Counted from the first letter of the stretch, positions 9,366-17,922 are shown. The stretch: DNA of 64,000 bases from Candidatus Sericytochromatia bacterium (GCA_036676495.1 JAKFCT010000015.1:1-64000); one strand, 5' to 3'. A program made the numbers and translations. The notes: generated by a model not told the origin, from the letters alone.

Positions 9366-10253
9366 ATGACCAGCCCTCTAGGATTCGTCGGGGTCGGGCG
9401 GATGGGCGCCAACATGGCGCGCCGCTTGAAGGACACGGGCCATGCCGTCGCCGCCGTCCACGACGCGAAGCCCGAGGCCGCCCGCAGCCTCGCCGCCGAG
9501 CTGGGCGCCAAAGCCTGCGCGACGCTCGCGGAAGTGACGGTGCTTTCGGACGTCATCTTCACCGTGATCTCGGATGACGCCGCGATGCGGGCGATCTTCG
9601 AGGCCCCCGAGGACAACCTTCTCATGCATGCCGAGGGGAAGCTGTTCATCAATTGCGCGACGCTCACCCCGTCGGTCCACCAGGACATGGAGCGTCTGGC
9701 GCAGCAGGCGGGGGCGCGGGCCCTCGAGGCCTGCATGGCCGCGAGCATCACCCAGGCGCGGGAGGGCACGCTCTTCATGATGTGCGGAGGCCGCCCCGAG
9801 GTCTTCGAGGAGGCCAAGCCCCTGCTCGATACCCTGAGCTCGGCCCTTCGCTACATCGGGCCGGCCGGCGAGGCCAGCAAGGTCAAGGCGCTCGTGAATA
9901 TGGTCATGAACATCAATACCGCGGGCCTTGCCGAAGGCCTGGCCCTGGGCGACGCCCTCGGCCTGGATCTGAGCATGTTGCGGGACGTCTTCTCCCAGAC
10001 GGGGGCCGGATCGCGCGTGCTGCAGACGGACGGGGAGGACATGCAGAACCGGGATCACGCCTGCTACTTTTCGGCGGCGCATGCCGCGAAGGACTCGGGC
10101 ATCGCCGCCCGCATGGGCCAGGACCTCGGGTTGGTCTTGCCGCTCGCCGACGCGACCTGGCAGCAGTACCAGCGGATGAGCGCCTACGGGCTCGGCGAGC
10201 TCGACAAGTCCGGGATCGCCGAGCTGACCTTCAAGGGCCGATTTGGCGGCTGA
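9366..10253 (+). CDS. NAD(P)-dependent oxidoreductase, 3-hydroxyisobutyrate dehydrogenase family
   Basis: GFVGVGRMGANMA Rossmann motif, catalytic-type KVKALVN, KD motif; RBS AAGGAG. Confidence 0.88.
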   Translation: MTSPLGFVGVGRMGANMARRLKDTGHAVAAVHDAKPEAARSLAAELGAKACATLAEVTVLSDVIFTVISDDAAMRAIFEAPEDNLLMHAEGKLFINCATLTPSVHQDMERLAQQAGARALEACMAASITQAREGTLFMMCGGRPEVFEEAKPLLDTLSSALRYIGPAGEASKVKALVNMVMNINTAGLAEGLALGDALGLDLSMLRDVFSQTGAGSRVLQTDGEDMQNRDHACYFSAAHAAKDSGIAARMGQDLGLVLPLADATWQQYQRMSAYGLGELDKSGIAELTFKGRFGG

Positions 10254-10330
10254 TGCAGAAAGCCATCCGACCTTCTCCCGGGTGCAGCCTTGCGTGAACC
10301 AGCACCCGGGGAGGCGGATGGCCGAGGAGA

Positions 10331-10999
10331 TTATACCCGAGAAGGACTTTTTTCCGACAGATCGTTCTGACGCAAGTCGACGTGAAGGAGGGTCTCCAGG
10401 CGCGACAGGAAGCGGGCGGCATGAACCCCGTCGGCCAAGCCGTGATGGAGTTGAAGGTTGAAAGGAAGGAACTCCCGTCCTTCCCGCTCGGCGATCTTGC
10501 CCCAGGCGAAGCGAGGAAAGTAGTCATTGCCCCGTGGGTTGACCGGATGCGTGACACCCGTGAACGCCCTCCAGGGAAAGCAGGTCAGGAAGATCAGGTC
10601 GTCGCGGTCCGAATCATCAAGAATTAAGGCCTCGGCGTTTTCCGAGCGGAACATCGCTTTCTGGCAGTCTCGGATGAAGCGGTCGCGATCGGCCTCGTAG
10701 GGAACGGTGCAAAAGTTGAAGAGGTCACCGCGCCAAGGAACGGTGAAGGAGGGCGAGACGCGCTCGTGCAGGATGACCTGGTCGTCCCGGACGCGGGTCC
10801 GGAACTCCGGGATCTCGTTGGCGGCTCCCGTCACGGCATGGATGAGCGTCGGGTAGACGGGTAGGTCCGCGGCTTTCAGATCGGCCAGAAGCCCTGTCAC
10901 GTCCAGGTCGACGCTGAGTCCGAAGTACGGATACTCCATGGCGTTGAAGAGGCGGAAATGCTCCCGGCGTTCCCAGGTTTCGAGGTCAATAGACGGCAT
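10331..10999 (-). CDS. cat: Chloramphenicol acetyltransferase (CatA)-family O-acetyltransferase
   Basis: IDLETWERREHF N-terminus, PRFAWGK, catalytic QLHHGLADGVH (HHxxxDG). Confidence 0.8.
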   Translation of the reverse strand: MPSIDLETWERREHFRLFNAMEYPYFGLSVDLDVTGLLADLKAADLPVYPTLIHAVTGAANEIPEFRTRVRDDQVILHERVSPSFTVPWRGDLFNFCTVPYEADRDRFIRDCQKAMFRSENAEALILDDSDRDDLIFLTCFPWRAFTGVTHPVNPRGNDYFPRFAWGKIAEREGREFLPFNLQLHHGLADGVHAARFLSRLETLLHVDLRQNDLSEKSPSRV

Positions 11000-11008
11000 G
11001 CGGTCTTT

Positions 11009-11284
11009 CTACGTGAAGGAATTGCCTCGCGCGCCGCGACCGAAGGCGGAGGGTGGCGTCTGCATGGTTTGGGACTTCTCCGGCGCCGGTTGCGCCTTGA
11101 TGCGGCGCTTGAACTCGATCGACCACGCCGCCACATCCTCTTGATTCGTCATATCGAAGCCAGCTTCCCGCCCCATCGTCAGAAAGCTCTCGGCGAGTCC
11201 GAGGCTCTCGGGGAGGGATTTCGCGGCCTCCCTGGCTTTGGTCTCTCCGCGCTTGGAATCCCGTCCTTGAGGAGTGTCTTTCAT
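11009..11284 (-). CDS. Small hypothetical protein (91 aa)
   Basis: Strong RBS AAAAGGAGG before ATG; ends 9 nt before the cat start. Confidence 0.6.
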   Translation of the reverse strand: MKDTPQGRDSKRGETKAREAAKSLPESLGLAESFLTMGREAGFDMTNQEDVAAWSIEFKRRIKAQPAPEKSQTMQTPPSAFGRGARGNSFT

Positions 11285-11423
11285 GGTGGCGTCGCCTCCT
11301 TTTCAAGAGAGCAGTTCTTGCCGTAGGTCTACCCCCAATGATTCCATTTTTGGGCAGGTGTGTCCAGAAGGATCAACTGTTTCGCGATCGCTCCTGAGGT
11401 TGCCGGTGGGACGCCCAGACGAG

Positions 11424-11459
11424 AAAAGCGGGCCCAGCCGAATGGCTGAAACCCGCTTT
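11424..11459 (-). terminator. Intrinsic terminator downstream of tRNA-Arg
   Basis: Minus strand aaagcggg..cagcc attc ggctg..cccgctttt hairpin with T-run. Confidence 0.7.
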
Positions 11460-11467
11460 ATCCTTAG

Positions 11468-11541
11468 CGCCCCCGGAGGGATTCGAACCCCCGACCCTCT
11501 CCTTAGGACGGAGCAGCTCTATCCAGCTGAGCTACGGAGGC
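11468..11541 (-). tRNA. tRNA-Arg (anticodon CCT), CCA not encoded
   Basis: Cloverleaf GCCTCCG/CGGGGGC acceptor, GCTC/GAGC D-stem with A20 arginine identity base, anticodon loop GT-CCT-AA, GGGGG-TTCGAAT-CCCTC T-arm; upstream extended -10 TGcTATACT. Confidence 0.92.
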
Positions 11542-11572
11542 CAACGTGCTATGAGTATAGCATACCCGCAGG

Positions 11573-13804
11573 TCAGTGGCCTGCGACGGGCACCTTGGCG
11601 GAGACGTGAAGCGGAATGGCTGCGGCTCGAGGCAGCAGTTCAGTGATGACCCCGTTGGAGCCGAGGGCGATCGCCAAGCGAATCTCAGCCCCCGCCTCCT
11701 GCCGAAGCGACTTGAGCGGCAGCGAGATATCGAGCACGTCCTGGTAGGCAATCCGTACGTAAGTCTTGAGCGCATGCCAGGTGTTGTACTCGCCCGCCTG
11801 AGACAGCACGGCATCCATCGGATCCCAGGTCACCCGCACCTCATGGGCGAAATGCCAGTCCTGGGTCGGGCAATCCGCCAGCTTGCAGTCGAAGTTGATC
11901 GGCGCGTTGAAGCGGGTCTGCCCCGGGTAGCAGAGGTAGAGCGCCAGGGTGTCTCCGGGGCCAGGCAAGAAGGAATCCGCAAACTCCACCCGCAGGTAGA
12001 TGTTGCTGGCGTCGGTCCCGTAGCGGATGCGCCGGATTCCCTGCGTTGCGGCGTGCATGGCACCCTGTCCCAGCGTGGGGTCGAAGACGCCAGCATCCTT
12101 CCAGGTCTCGGCCGAGGCGAGTCGCCCATCGACCGAGGGAGTGAGCGCAAATTCCTTGACGGCCGGCGCCGGCGCCTCCGCATGAGCCACGGGCTCGAGC
12201 AGTTCTTCCGGGACGGGCTGGCCCAAGAGCTGGTAGACATTCTGGAGGTGGAGGCGGAACTGCCAGTCGAAAAGATCGTCCTGGCCCGAGTTATGCCCTT
12301 CGCCGAACCACCAGAACCAGTCGCTGCCCTCCGCGATGTAGATCTCTTCCTGGGCCTCCGCGAACCGGGGGTGATCTGGGTGAGCGGCCAGAGCCTGGCG
12401 GGCCTTGTAGAGGTAGTCCCAGGCCCGATTCTTGGTGGGATCGCCGATCCAGGTGGTGAAGTCCGAGTAGATCCACGATCCCGCATGCAGCTGATGCAAG
12501 GTCCGGCGGGGCTCATGGTCGCGCAGGTACTCGCCCACCGTGACCATGGAGAGCTCGGGGTCGTTGGAGACCAGCTCGTAGAAGGCATGAAGGAAGTCGG
12601 CCCCGTCCCGGGTGTAGTACTCCCAGCAGTTCTCGCCGTCCAAGGCGATGGTGACCAGATGCGCGTCGTCCTGCGGGAGGCGGCTGCGAATGGCCTTCAA
12701 ACGCCCATGCAAGTCGCGGGCGGCATCCTGTGGCGACATGCGGGAGTACGAGAAGCCGATCAGATCCGAGAGCACGATGTCCCGGAAGACCATGGCGACG
12801 CGCTTGCCGTTGGACTCGGCCCAGTAAGGCTGATAAAGGGTCGCGGGGTCCTGGAGGCGCCCTTCTCCATCGCGCACTAACTTTGCACCCAGGGAGTGGG
12901 CCAGGACTCCCTCGTCACTGACGATCCAGGAGACTCCCTGGTCGGCGACCAGTTCCACCACGGCGGGGCTCACGGATTCCTCCGAGGGCCACATGCCGGA
13001 AGGGCGGTACCCGAAGTTCTCCTCGAAGTAGTCGAGCCCCTTGCGCACCTGGGCACGCGCATCCTCGGGATGCTGGTAGCGCTGGGATGGCAGTGGCAAT
13101 TCCGGCCGCGCGACGCGTGCCGACTGGGTATCCACGAGGAGCGGCAGGATCGGATGGTAGAAGGGCGTGGTCGTGAGCTCGATCCGGCCCTCGGCCTGCA
13201 TCTGGGTATAGGTCGGGATGATGGCGCGAATGAGCTCGCGCTGCTTGGCGATGAGCAGCTCGCGATCGCCCTGCGTGAAGCTCCGCCCCTTCTTGAGCAG
13301 GGCCTGCAGCTCCGCGTCGCGCGAGAGCCACATGGGATCGAACCAGGCCAGGTTGAACCAGACGGTGAGATCGAGCAGGTCCTGATCCGAGAAGCGGGAG
13401 GCGGCTTCCTCGGCGGACATATGCGCCATCAGCTCGTTACGCTTGTTGGCGAGCTCGAGGTAGCGCGGGTAGGGGCGAAGCTGATTCTCCCAGTTAAGGT
13501 CGAAGAAGCGCTCGAGAAGATAGGCCTTGTCGTCCGGAGTCATCCGGTCGAGAGGCTTGAGCGTGAGCTCCAGCGCGCGATCGATAGCTCCGTGATGGCC
13601 GTAATCGACCAGTTGCTCCAGCAGGGAGGGGACGAGGTTGAAGGTCTGGCGGATCTTGGGGTACTGGCGCAGGATCTCGACCATGTCGAGGTAGTCCTTG
13701 ATGGCGTGAAGCCGGACCCAGGGCATCAAGTAGCGGCCAGTCAAGCGATCCTTGTACAGCGGCTGATGCATATGCCAAATCACGGCGACGCTCAACTTAG
13801 ACAT
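11573..13804 (-). CDS. Glycoside hydrolase family 57 (amylopullulanase/alpha-amylase-like)
   Basis: WHMHQP, HPILPL, GMWPSE (nucleophile), IALDGENCWE (acid/base), AEGSDWFWW conserved regions. Confidence 0.92.
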   Translation of the reverse strand: MSKLSVAVIWHMHQPLYKDRLTGRYLMPWVRLHAIKDYLDMVEILRQYPKIRQTFNLVPSLLEQLVDYGHHGAIDRALELTLKPLDRMTPDDKAYLLERFFDLNWENQLRPYPRYLELANKRNELMAHMSAEEAASRFSDQDLLDLTVWFNLAWFDPMWLSRDAELQALLKKGRSFTQGDRELLIAKQRELIRAIIPTYTQMQAEGRIELTTTPFYHPILPLLVDTQSARVARPELPLPSQRYQHPEDARAQVRKGLDYFEENFGYRPSGMWPSEESVSPAVVELVADQGVSWIVSDEGVLAHSLGAKLVRDGEGRLQDPATLYQPYWAESNGKRVAMVFRDIVLSDLIGFSYSRMSPQDAARDLHGRLKAIRSRLPQDDAHLVTIALDGENCWEYYTRDGADFLHAFYELVSNDPELSMVTVGEYLRDHEPRRTLHQLHAGSWIYSDFTTWIGDPTKNRAWDYLYKARQALAAHPDHPRFAEAQEEIYIAEGSDWFWWFGEGHNSGQDDLFDWQFRLHLQNVYQLLGQPVPEELLEPVAHAEAPAPAVKEFALTPSVDGRLASAETWKDAGVFDPTLGQGAMHAATQGIRRIRYGTDASNIYLRVEFADSFLPGPGDTLALYLCYPGQTRFNAPINFDCKLADCPTQDWHFAHEVRVTWDPMDAVLSQAGEYNTWHALKTYVRIAYQDVLDISLPLKSLRQEAGAEIRLAIALGSNGVITELLPRAAAIPLHVSAKVPVAGH

Positions 13805-13996
13805 TCCAGCACCTCATCGAACACAGACTCGCCGAATGGCCTCCACTATACCATACCACTAGGCGTTGACTACTTTTGAGGCCCTTGAAGCCGTGGTATG
13901 ATGGGGCGGACGCCGTCGCTTTGCAGTAGAGAGGTTCGAATCGACATGACTGGCCTTTGGCCGTTCGGAGCCCGGAAACCCGGGAACGTACGGAAC

Positions 13997-14920
13997 ATGA
14001 AGCGCGCCACCTCAGCCGTTGCGCTGGTGATGGGTCTGATTCTGGCCTCTCCGGCGGCAGCGCGGAACATCGGCCTCGAGGTCAAGGGCGGCAGCGCCGT
14101 TCGCAACAACGGGGTCATCACGGTCTGGGCCAACTCGCCCCAGGCGGTCCTCACCCTGAACAACCCCGGAGCCTCCTTCTACCAGGCCAAGATCCAGTGG
14201 CTCAACGTGCCGACCGGTGCGTTCCTCACCACTCCGCAGGGGGTTTCGGACGGAGCCAGCCGGGACGGCACCCTGAGCACGTCCATCTCCGTTCCGGGAG
14301 GCTCCCAGGGGGTCTGGAAGCTCGATCCCAACCTCAAGGGGAACTTCCAGTTCGTGGTCACGGGCGGCGGGCTCGGCGGGCTCACCAAGGCCGACCAGCC
14401 CAACTTCGCCATTCACCTGGGCAACTCGGGGCATTCCGTGACGCACCTTTCGGAAGCGCTGAAGGCCAATCGTTTCCCTACCTACACCTTGCGAGGCACC
14501 CGCGATCAGGCGAAAACCTACCAGGCCAAGCTCGGAAAGGTCCCGAACGCTTTTACCGTGAACGGAACCGGCTTCATCTTCCTGGACAACGCCTCGGGAC
14601 GCCTGGGCGCGGATCAGCATCGCTGGCTGGTCGAGCGCTTCGCCCAGTTCCGGGAGGCCAACGTGAGCCGCTCGTTCGTCTTCATGCACCTGCCCATGGT
14701 CGACCCGCGGAAGGGCCGCAACGTGGCGATGAAGGACCGCGACGAGGTCCTGAAGCTGCTTCAACTCTTCAAGCAGAACCAGGTGGCGGCGGTTTTCACG
14801 GGGAACATCCCGACCGTCAACCAAGCCACCTGGCGCGGGGTCCCGCAGGTCGTCGTGGGCGGAGCGTACGCCATGGCCGTGGACGTGACCCCGGACGCGG
14901 TCACCCTCCGACGCCTCTAA
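13997..14920 (+). CDS. Secreted calcineurin-like metallophosphoesterase-fold protein with degenerate metal motifs
   Basis: Signal peptide MKRATSAVALVMGLILASPAAA; ordered motif remnants FVVTGG, AIHLGN, LRGTRD, FIFLDN, FMHLP, VFTGNIP. Start taken at ATG 13997. Confidence 0.65.
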   Translation: MKRATSAVALVMGLILASPAAARNIGLEVKGGSAVRNNGVITVWANSPQAVLTLNNPGASFYQAKIQWLNVPTGAFLTTPQGVSDGASRDGTLSTSISVPGGSQGVWKLDPNLKGNFQFVVTGGGLGGLTKADQPNFAIHLGNSGHSVTHLSEALKANRFPTYTLRGTRDQAKTYQAKLGKVPNAFTVNGTGFIFLDNASGRLGADQHRWLVERFAQFREANVSRSFVFMHLPMVDPRKGRNVAMKDRDEVLKLLQLFKQNQVAAVFTGNIPTVNQATWRGVPQVVVGGAYAMAVDVTPDAVTLRRL

Positions 14921-14922
14921 TC

Positions 14923-14960
14923 AAAGCGCGGGCCAGGGAAATCCCTGGCCCGCGCTTTTT
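14923..14960 (+). terminator. Intrinsic terminator
   Basis: aaagcgcgggccaggga aa tccctggcccgcgc ttttt. Confidence 0.9.
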
Positions 14961-15019
14961 GGGTGCTCCCGGCCGCTCACGGCCCTGATTCGCGAGCTTG
15001 CCCGTGGTAGACTGAGGCG

Positions 15020-15165
15020 AAAGGTGAGGCTTGCCCCGTTCCACGCCGACGACCGGATGAAATCCTGAAATGGGACAGTTTAGGCGGATGTCGGGGCTTC
15101 AACGAGCGGGCTGAGCAGAAGGCGTACGCGCCAGGGTCCATGCGAAGTCATGGCCGGTTCTCCTT
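15020..15165 (+). ncRNA. Candidate structured RNA (sRNA or 5' leader), family unassigned
   Basis: Preceded by extended -10 TGgTAGACT (15005-15013); several nested complementary segments and two short hairpins found by eye. Confidence 0.4.
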
Positions 15166-15184
15166 ATCACGGGGAGGGTGACGT

Positions 15185-15224
15185 CTTAACCTCGGCTTAA
15201 ATAAGCTTAAACCAACCTTAGCAT
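15185..15224 (+). promoter_or_regulatory. Four tandem CTTA(A/G) boxes with 10-11 bp period (OmpR/Pho-box-like site)
   Basis: CTTAACCT cgg CTTAAATA ag CTTAAACC aac CTTAGCAT. Confidence 0.5.
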
Positions 15225-15268
15225 AGGTCCCGGAAACGATCAACGGGGCTTTCTACCGAGGAGGAGTG

Positions 15269-16147
15269 ATGCGGGTATTCGTGACCGGAGCGCAGGGGAT
15301 GCTGGGCCAGGATCTGGTGCCGGTCTTGCAGGCGGCAGGAGACACAGTCATCCCGAGCGGCATGCGGCCGAGCGAGGATCCGGCCTTCGTGCGCCTGGAC
15401 ATCACGGATCTGGAGGCGACGAAGCGGGCGATCGCCCAGGCCCGCCCTGACGTCGTGATCAACTGCGCGGCCTACACCAACGTCGACGGCGCCGAGGCGG
15501 ATCCCGACGGCGCCTACCGCGTAAACGCGCTGGGGACCTGGAACCTGGCCCTGGCGTGCCAGGAAGCGGGCGCCGCCATGTTGCTCGTGAGCACCGATTA
15601 CGTCTTCGACGGCAAGAAGGGCACGGCCTACGACGAGTACGACACGCCCAACCCCCAAAGCGTCTACGGCCGCAGCAAGTACGCAGGCGAGCAGCATCTC
15701 CAGCAGGTGCTATCCCGCTTTTACGTCGTGCGCACGTCTTGGCTCTACGGGCATCACGGCAAGAACTTCGTCGAAACCATCCTGAAGGCGGCTGCCGAGC
15801 GGCCCGAACTCAAGGTCGTGAACGATCAGTGGGGCTGCCCCACCTGGACCCGGGATCTCGCCGAGACCCTCAGCCGGCTCATCCGGACCGGGCGCTACGG
15901 AATCTACCATGCGACGGGGCAAGGGGAGTGCACCTGGATGGACTTCGCCCGAAAAATCGTCGAACTGGGAGGCATGAAGACCCCCGTCTTGCCGCAGACC
16001 ACCGAGGAGCTCAATCGCCCCGCCCCACGCCCCCGTTACTCCGTCATGAGGAACCGGGGGTTGGAGCTGAGTGAACTCCCGACCTTACCTCACTGGGAAG
16101 ATAGCCTTCAGCGTTACGTACGGTCTCGTAAGTCAGCGTATGTCTAA
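15269..16147 (+). CDS. rfbD: dTDP-4-dehydrorhamnose reductase
   Basis: VTGAQGMLG, NCAAYTNVDGAE, STDYVFDG, YGRSK, VVNDQWGCPT, APRPRYS. Confidence 0.95.
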   Translation: MRVFVTGAQGMLGQDLVPVLQAAGDTVIPSGMRPSEDPAFVRLDITDLEATKRAIAQARPDVVINCAAYTNVDGAEADPDGAYRVNALGTWNLALACQEAGAAMLLVSTDYVFDGKKGTAYDEYDTPNPQSVYGRSKYAGEQHLQQVLSRFYVVRTSWLYGHHGKNFVETILKAAAERPELKVVNDQWGCPTWTRDLAETLSRLIRTGRYGIYHATGQGECTWMDFARKIVELGGMKTPVLPQTTEELNRPAPRPRYSVMRNRGLELSELPTLPHWEDSLQRYVRSRKSAYV

Positions 16148-16191
16148 AGCGGAGCGGGAGTCGAGATTGCCCCTGCAGGCCCGCGCGACTT

Positions 16192-16848
16192 TCATCGAAG
16201 GATGCGCGGACCTCCCAACAGCGTTAGCAGCTGATCGGGACGATCGATCGAATAGGCTGCGCCAAGATGGGCCTTTCCATACCCGTAGCGGGCAGCAACA
16301 AAGGCGAGATCGCATGCCTGTGCGGCAAGCGCGTCGTCCACCGAGTCCCCCACCAGCATCGTCGTTTCGGGATCGAGGCCATGACTTGAGACCAGATGGG
16401 CAGCGGCGGCGGATTTGGTTTCGAAGCGAGGCAGCACCGAATCGGGAGAGAGCACCTCGACAAACATGTCCGCAAGACCCAATGCCTCGAGAATGCGGGT
16501 GGTAGGTAACTTGGGTTTGTTCGTGACGATATAGGACTGAATTCCCATGCGGCCGAGTTCCCGGAGAGTCTCCGACACTCCCGGATAGAGGACCGACTTC
16601 AAGCAGCCTGAGTGATCATAGAGTTCCCGATAGGCTGATTCAAGGCGGACGAGTATTTCGGCGGATGGATAATCCAAGGCCCGGTTAAAGATCTCCCGGA
16701 TCGGCGGTCCGACCAGGCTTCTTTCAAAGCGATGTGCTACGCCCGGAAGCTCGCGTTCCAGCGCCTCCAGCACGGCCGCTTCGATGCCGGGGAACGAATC
16801 GACCAGGGTCCCATCCATGTCGAAGAGGACGGCAGAATACGTACTCAT
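16192..16848 (-). CDS. HAD-family hydrolase (phosphoglycolate phosphatase-like)
   Basis: FDMDGTLVDS, IVTNK, LVGDSVDD; start set at ATG 16848 after GAGG. Confidence 0.85.
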   Translation of the reverse strand: MSTYSAVLFDMDGTLVDSFPGIEAAVLEALERELPGVAHRFERSLVGPPIREIFNRALDYPSAEILVRLESAYRELYDHSGCLKSVLYPGVSETLRELGRMGIQSYIVTNKPKLPTTRILEALGLADMFVEVLSPDSVLPRFETKSAAAAHLVSSHGLDPETTMLVGDSVDDALAAQACDLAFVAARYGYGKAHLGAAYSIDRPDQLLTLLGGPRILR

Positions 16849-16855
16849 TTGAACC

Positions 16856-17905
16856 TCACTTGGCGGGGATAGCTTGTGCCCACGCCGCTGTCCGTCGAAT
16901 GGCCTCTGACAATCCGATGAGTGTTCCGAGTCCAAGCTCGTCCTGGGCACGCCCGGTGGACGGAACGTAACGCGACGGGAGAGCTCCGGGTTTGGGCGCC
17001 TTTGCGATCTGGACCTCCGGCTGGTGAGGAAAGGCCTCCGAAACCGTACGAGCGAGATCCGCAATGGTCAGATCGGCATCAGAGCCCACGTTATAGGGCC
17101 GACCGGGTGTACCGGCGATCAGCAACGTCCAGAGCCAGATCGCGAGATCGGCCGCATACAGGTAAGACCGATAGGGAGTGCCGTCGCCGCCTATCCGGAT
17201 CGCTCCCCCGGAAAGCGCATCCCGAATGAAATTGCCGATCGCGAAGTGCGTGCCCAAGGGAAGGTAAGGACCCACGAAGGCGAAGCAGCGAGCGATGATC
17301 GGCTCCAGCCCGTGCTGCTTCTGGTAAAGGACACAGAGCAACTCGGAGATGCGCTTGCCTTCGCCGTAGGCCGAAGCCGGATTCAAGGAATCGGGGGCCC
17401 CCATGAACGTCTCCGGCACATGGGTGATCTCCGTGGGCTGCGGCCCGTAGATCGCTCCCGAACTGGTCAGCAGGAAGCGGCGGGCACCCGCCTGACGGGC
17501 GAATTCGAGGACGTGGCGTGTTCCTTCCACGATCGTTTCGAGCATGGCCAGGCCGTCCTCTTCGTTGAGCTTGGCGCTCGCCTCGGTCGCCGCATGAATC
17601 ACATAGTCGAACTTTCCGAGGGGGAAGCGGAAATCGCGAACATCGCCCTCATGCAAGTGAACCGCCGGTTGGTCGGCAAGATGCGGGGCCTTCAACCGAA
17701 AGTTTGCGGGGCTACGCGTCAAGACATGAGCCTCGGCCTGGAGGTCAAGGGCTTCATTCGCCCAAAGGAAGCTCTCCAAGAGCCAGCAGCCGAAAAATCC
17801 GGTGCCGCCCGTGATAAAAAGACGCTTCCCACGTAGCGACTCCCAGATCGCGCGGGTGTGGGCCAGGACGTGATCCAGATCGCTTGCTAATGGGTTGAGG
17901 CTCAT
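16856..17905 (-). CDS. NAD-dependent epimerase/dehydratase/reductase (extended SDR), candidate YerF-like reductase
   Basis: ITGGTGFFG, IHAAT, TSSGAIYG, YGEGK. Confidence 0.85.
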   Translation of the reverse strand: MSLNPLASDLDHVLAHTRAIWESLRGKRLFITGGTGFFGCWLLESFLWANEALDLQAEAHVLTRSPANFRLKAPHLADQPAVHLHEGDVRDFRFPLGKFDYVIHAATEASAKLNEEDGLAMLETIVEGTRHVLEFARQAGARRFLLTSSGAIYGPQPTEITHVPETFMGAPDSLNPASAYGEGKRISELLCVLYQKQHGLEPIIARCFAFVGPYLPLGTHFAIGNFIRDALSGGAIRIGGDGTPYRSYLYAADLAIWLWTLLIAGTPGRPYNVGSDADLTIADLARTVSEAFPHQPEVQIAKAPKPGALPSRYVPSTGRAQDELGLGTLIGLSEAIRRTAAWAQAIPAK

Positions 17906-17922
17906 GCGGTTCCTTCCCGACA

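Noticed and set aside
651-10253. Calling a complete DISARM system
   Set aside because: No second helicase, DUF1998 protein or PLD (HKD) nuclease is present in the window.
343-11490. Island integrated at tRNA-Arg bounded by att repeats
   Set aside because: No integrase; the only candidate (gcccccgaagg near 343) is a short match inside a promoter spacer.
15020-15200. Match to TPP, SAM-I or cobalamin riboswitch, SRP RNA or hammerhead
   Set aside because: Only isolated fragments (CTGAG, CTTATC..GGAGGG, GAAATCC) without the other conserved core elements in order.
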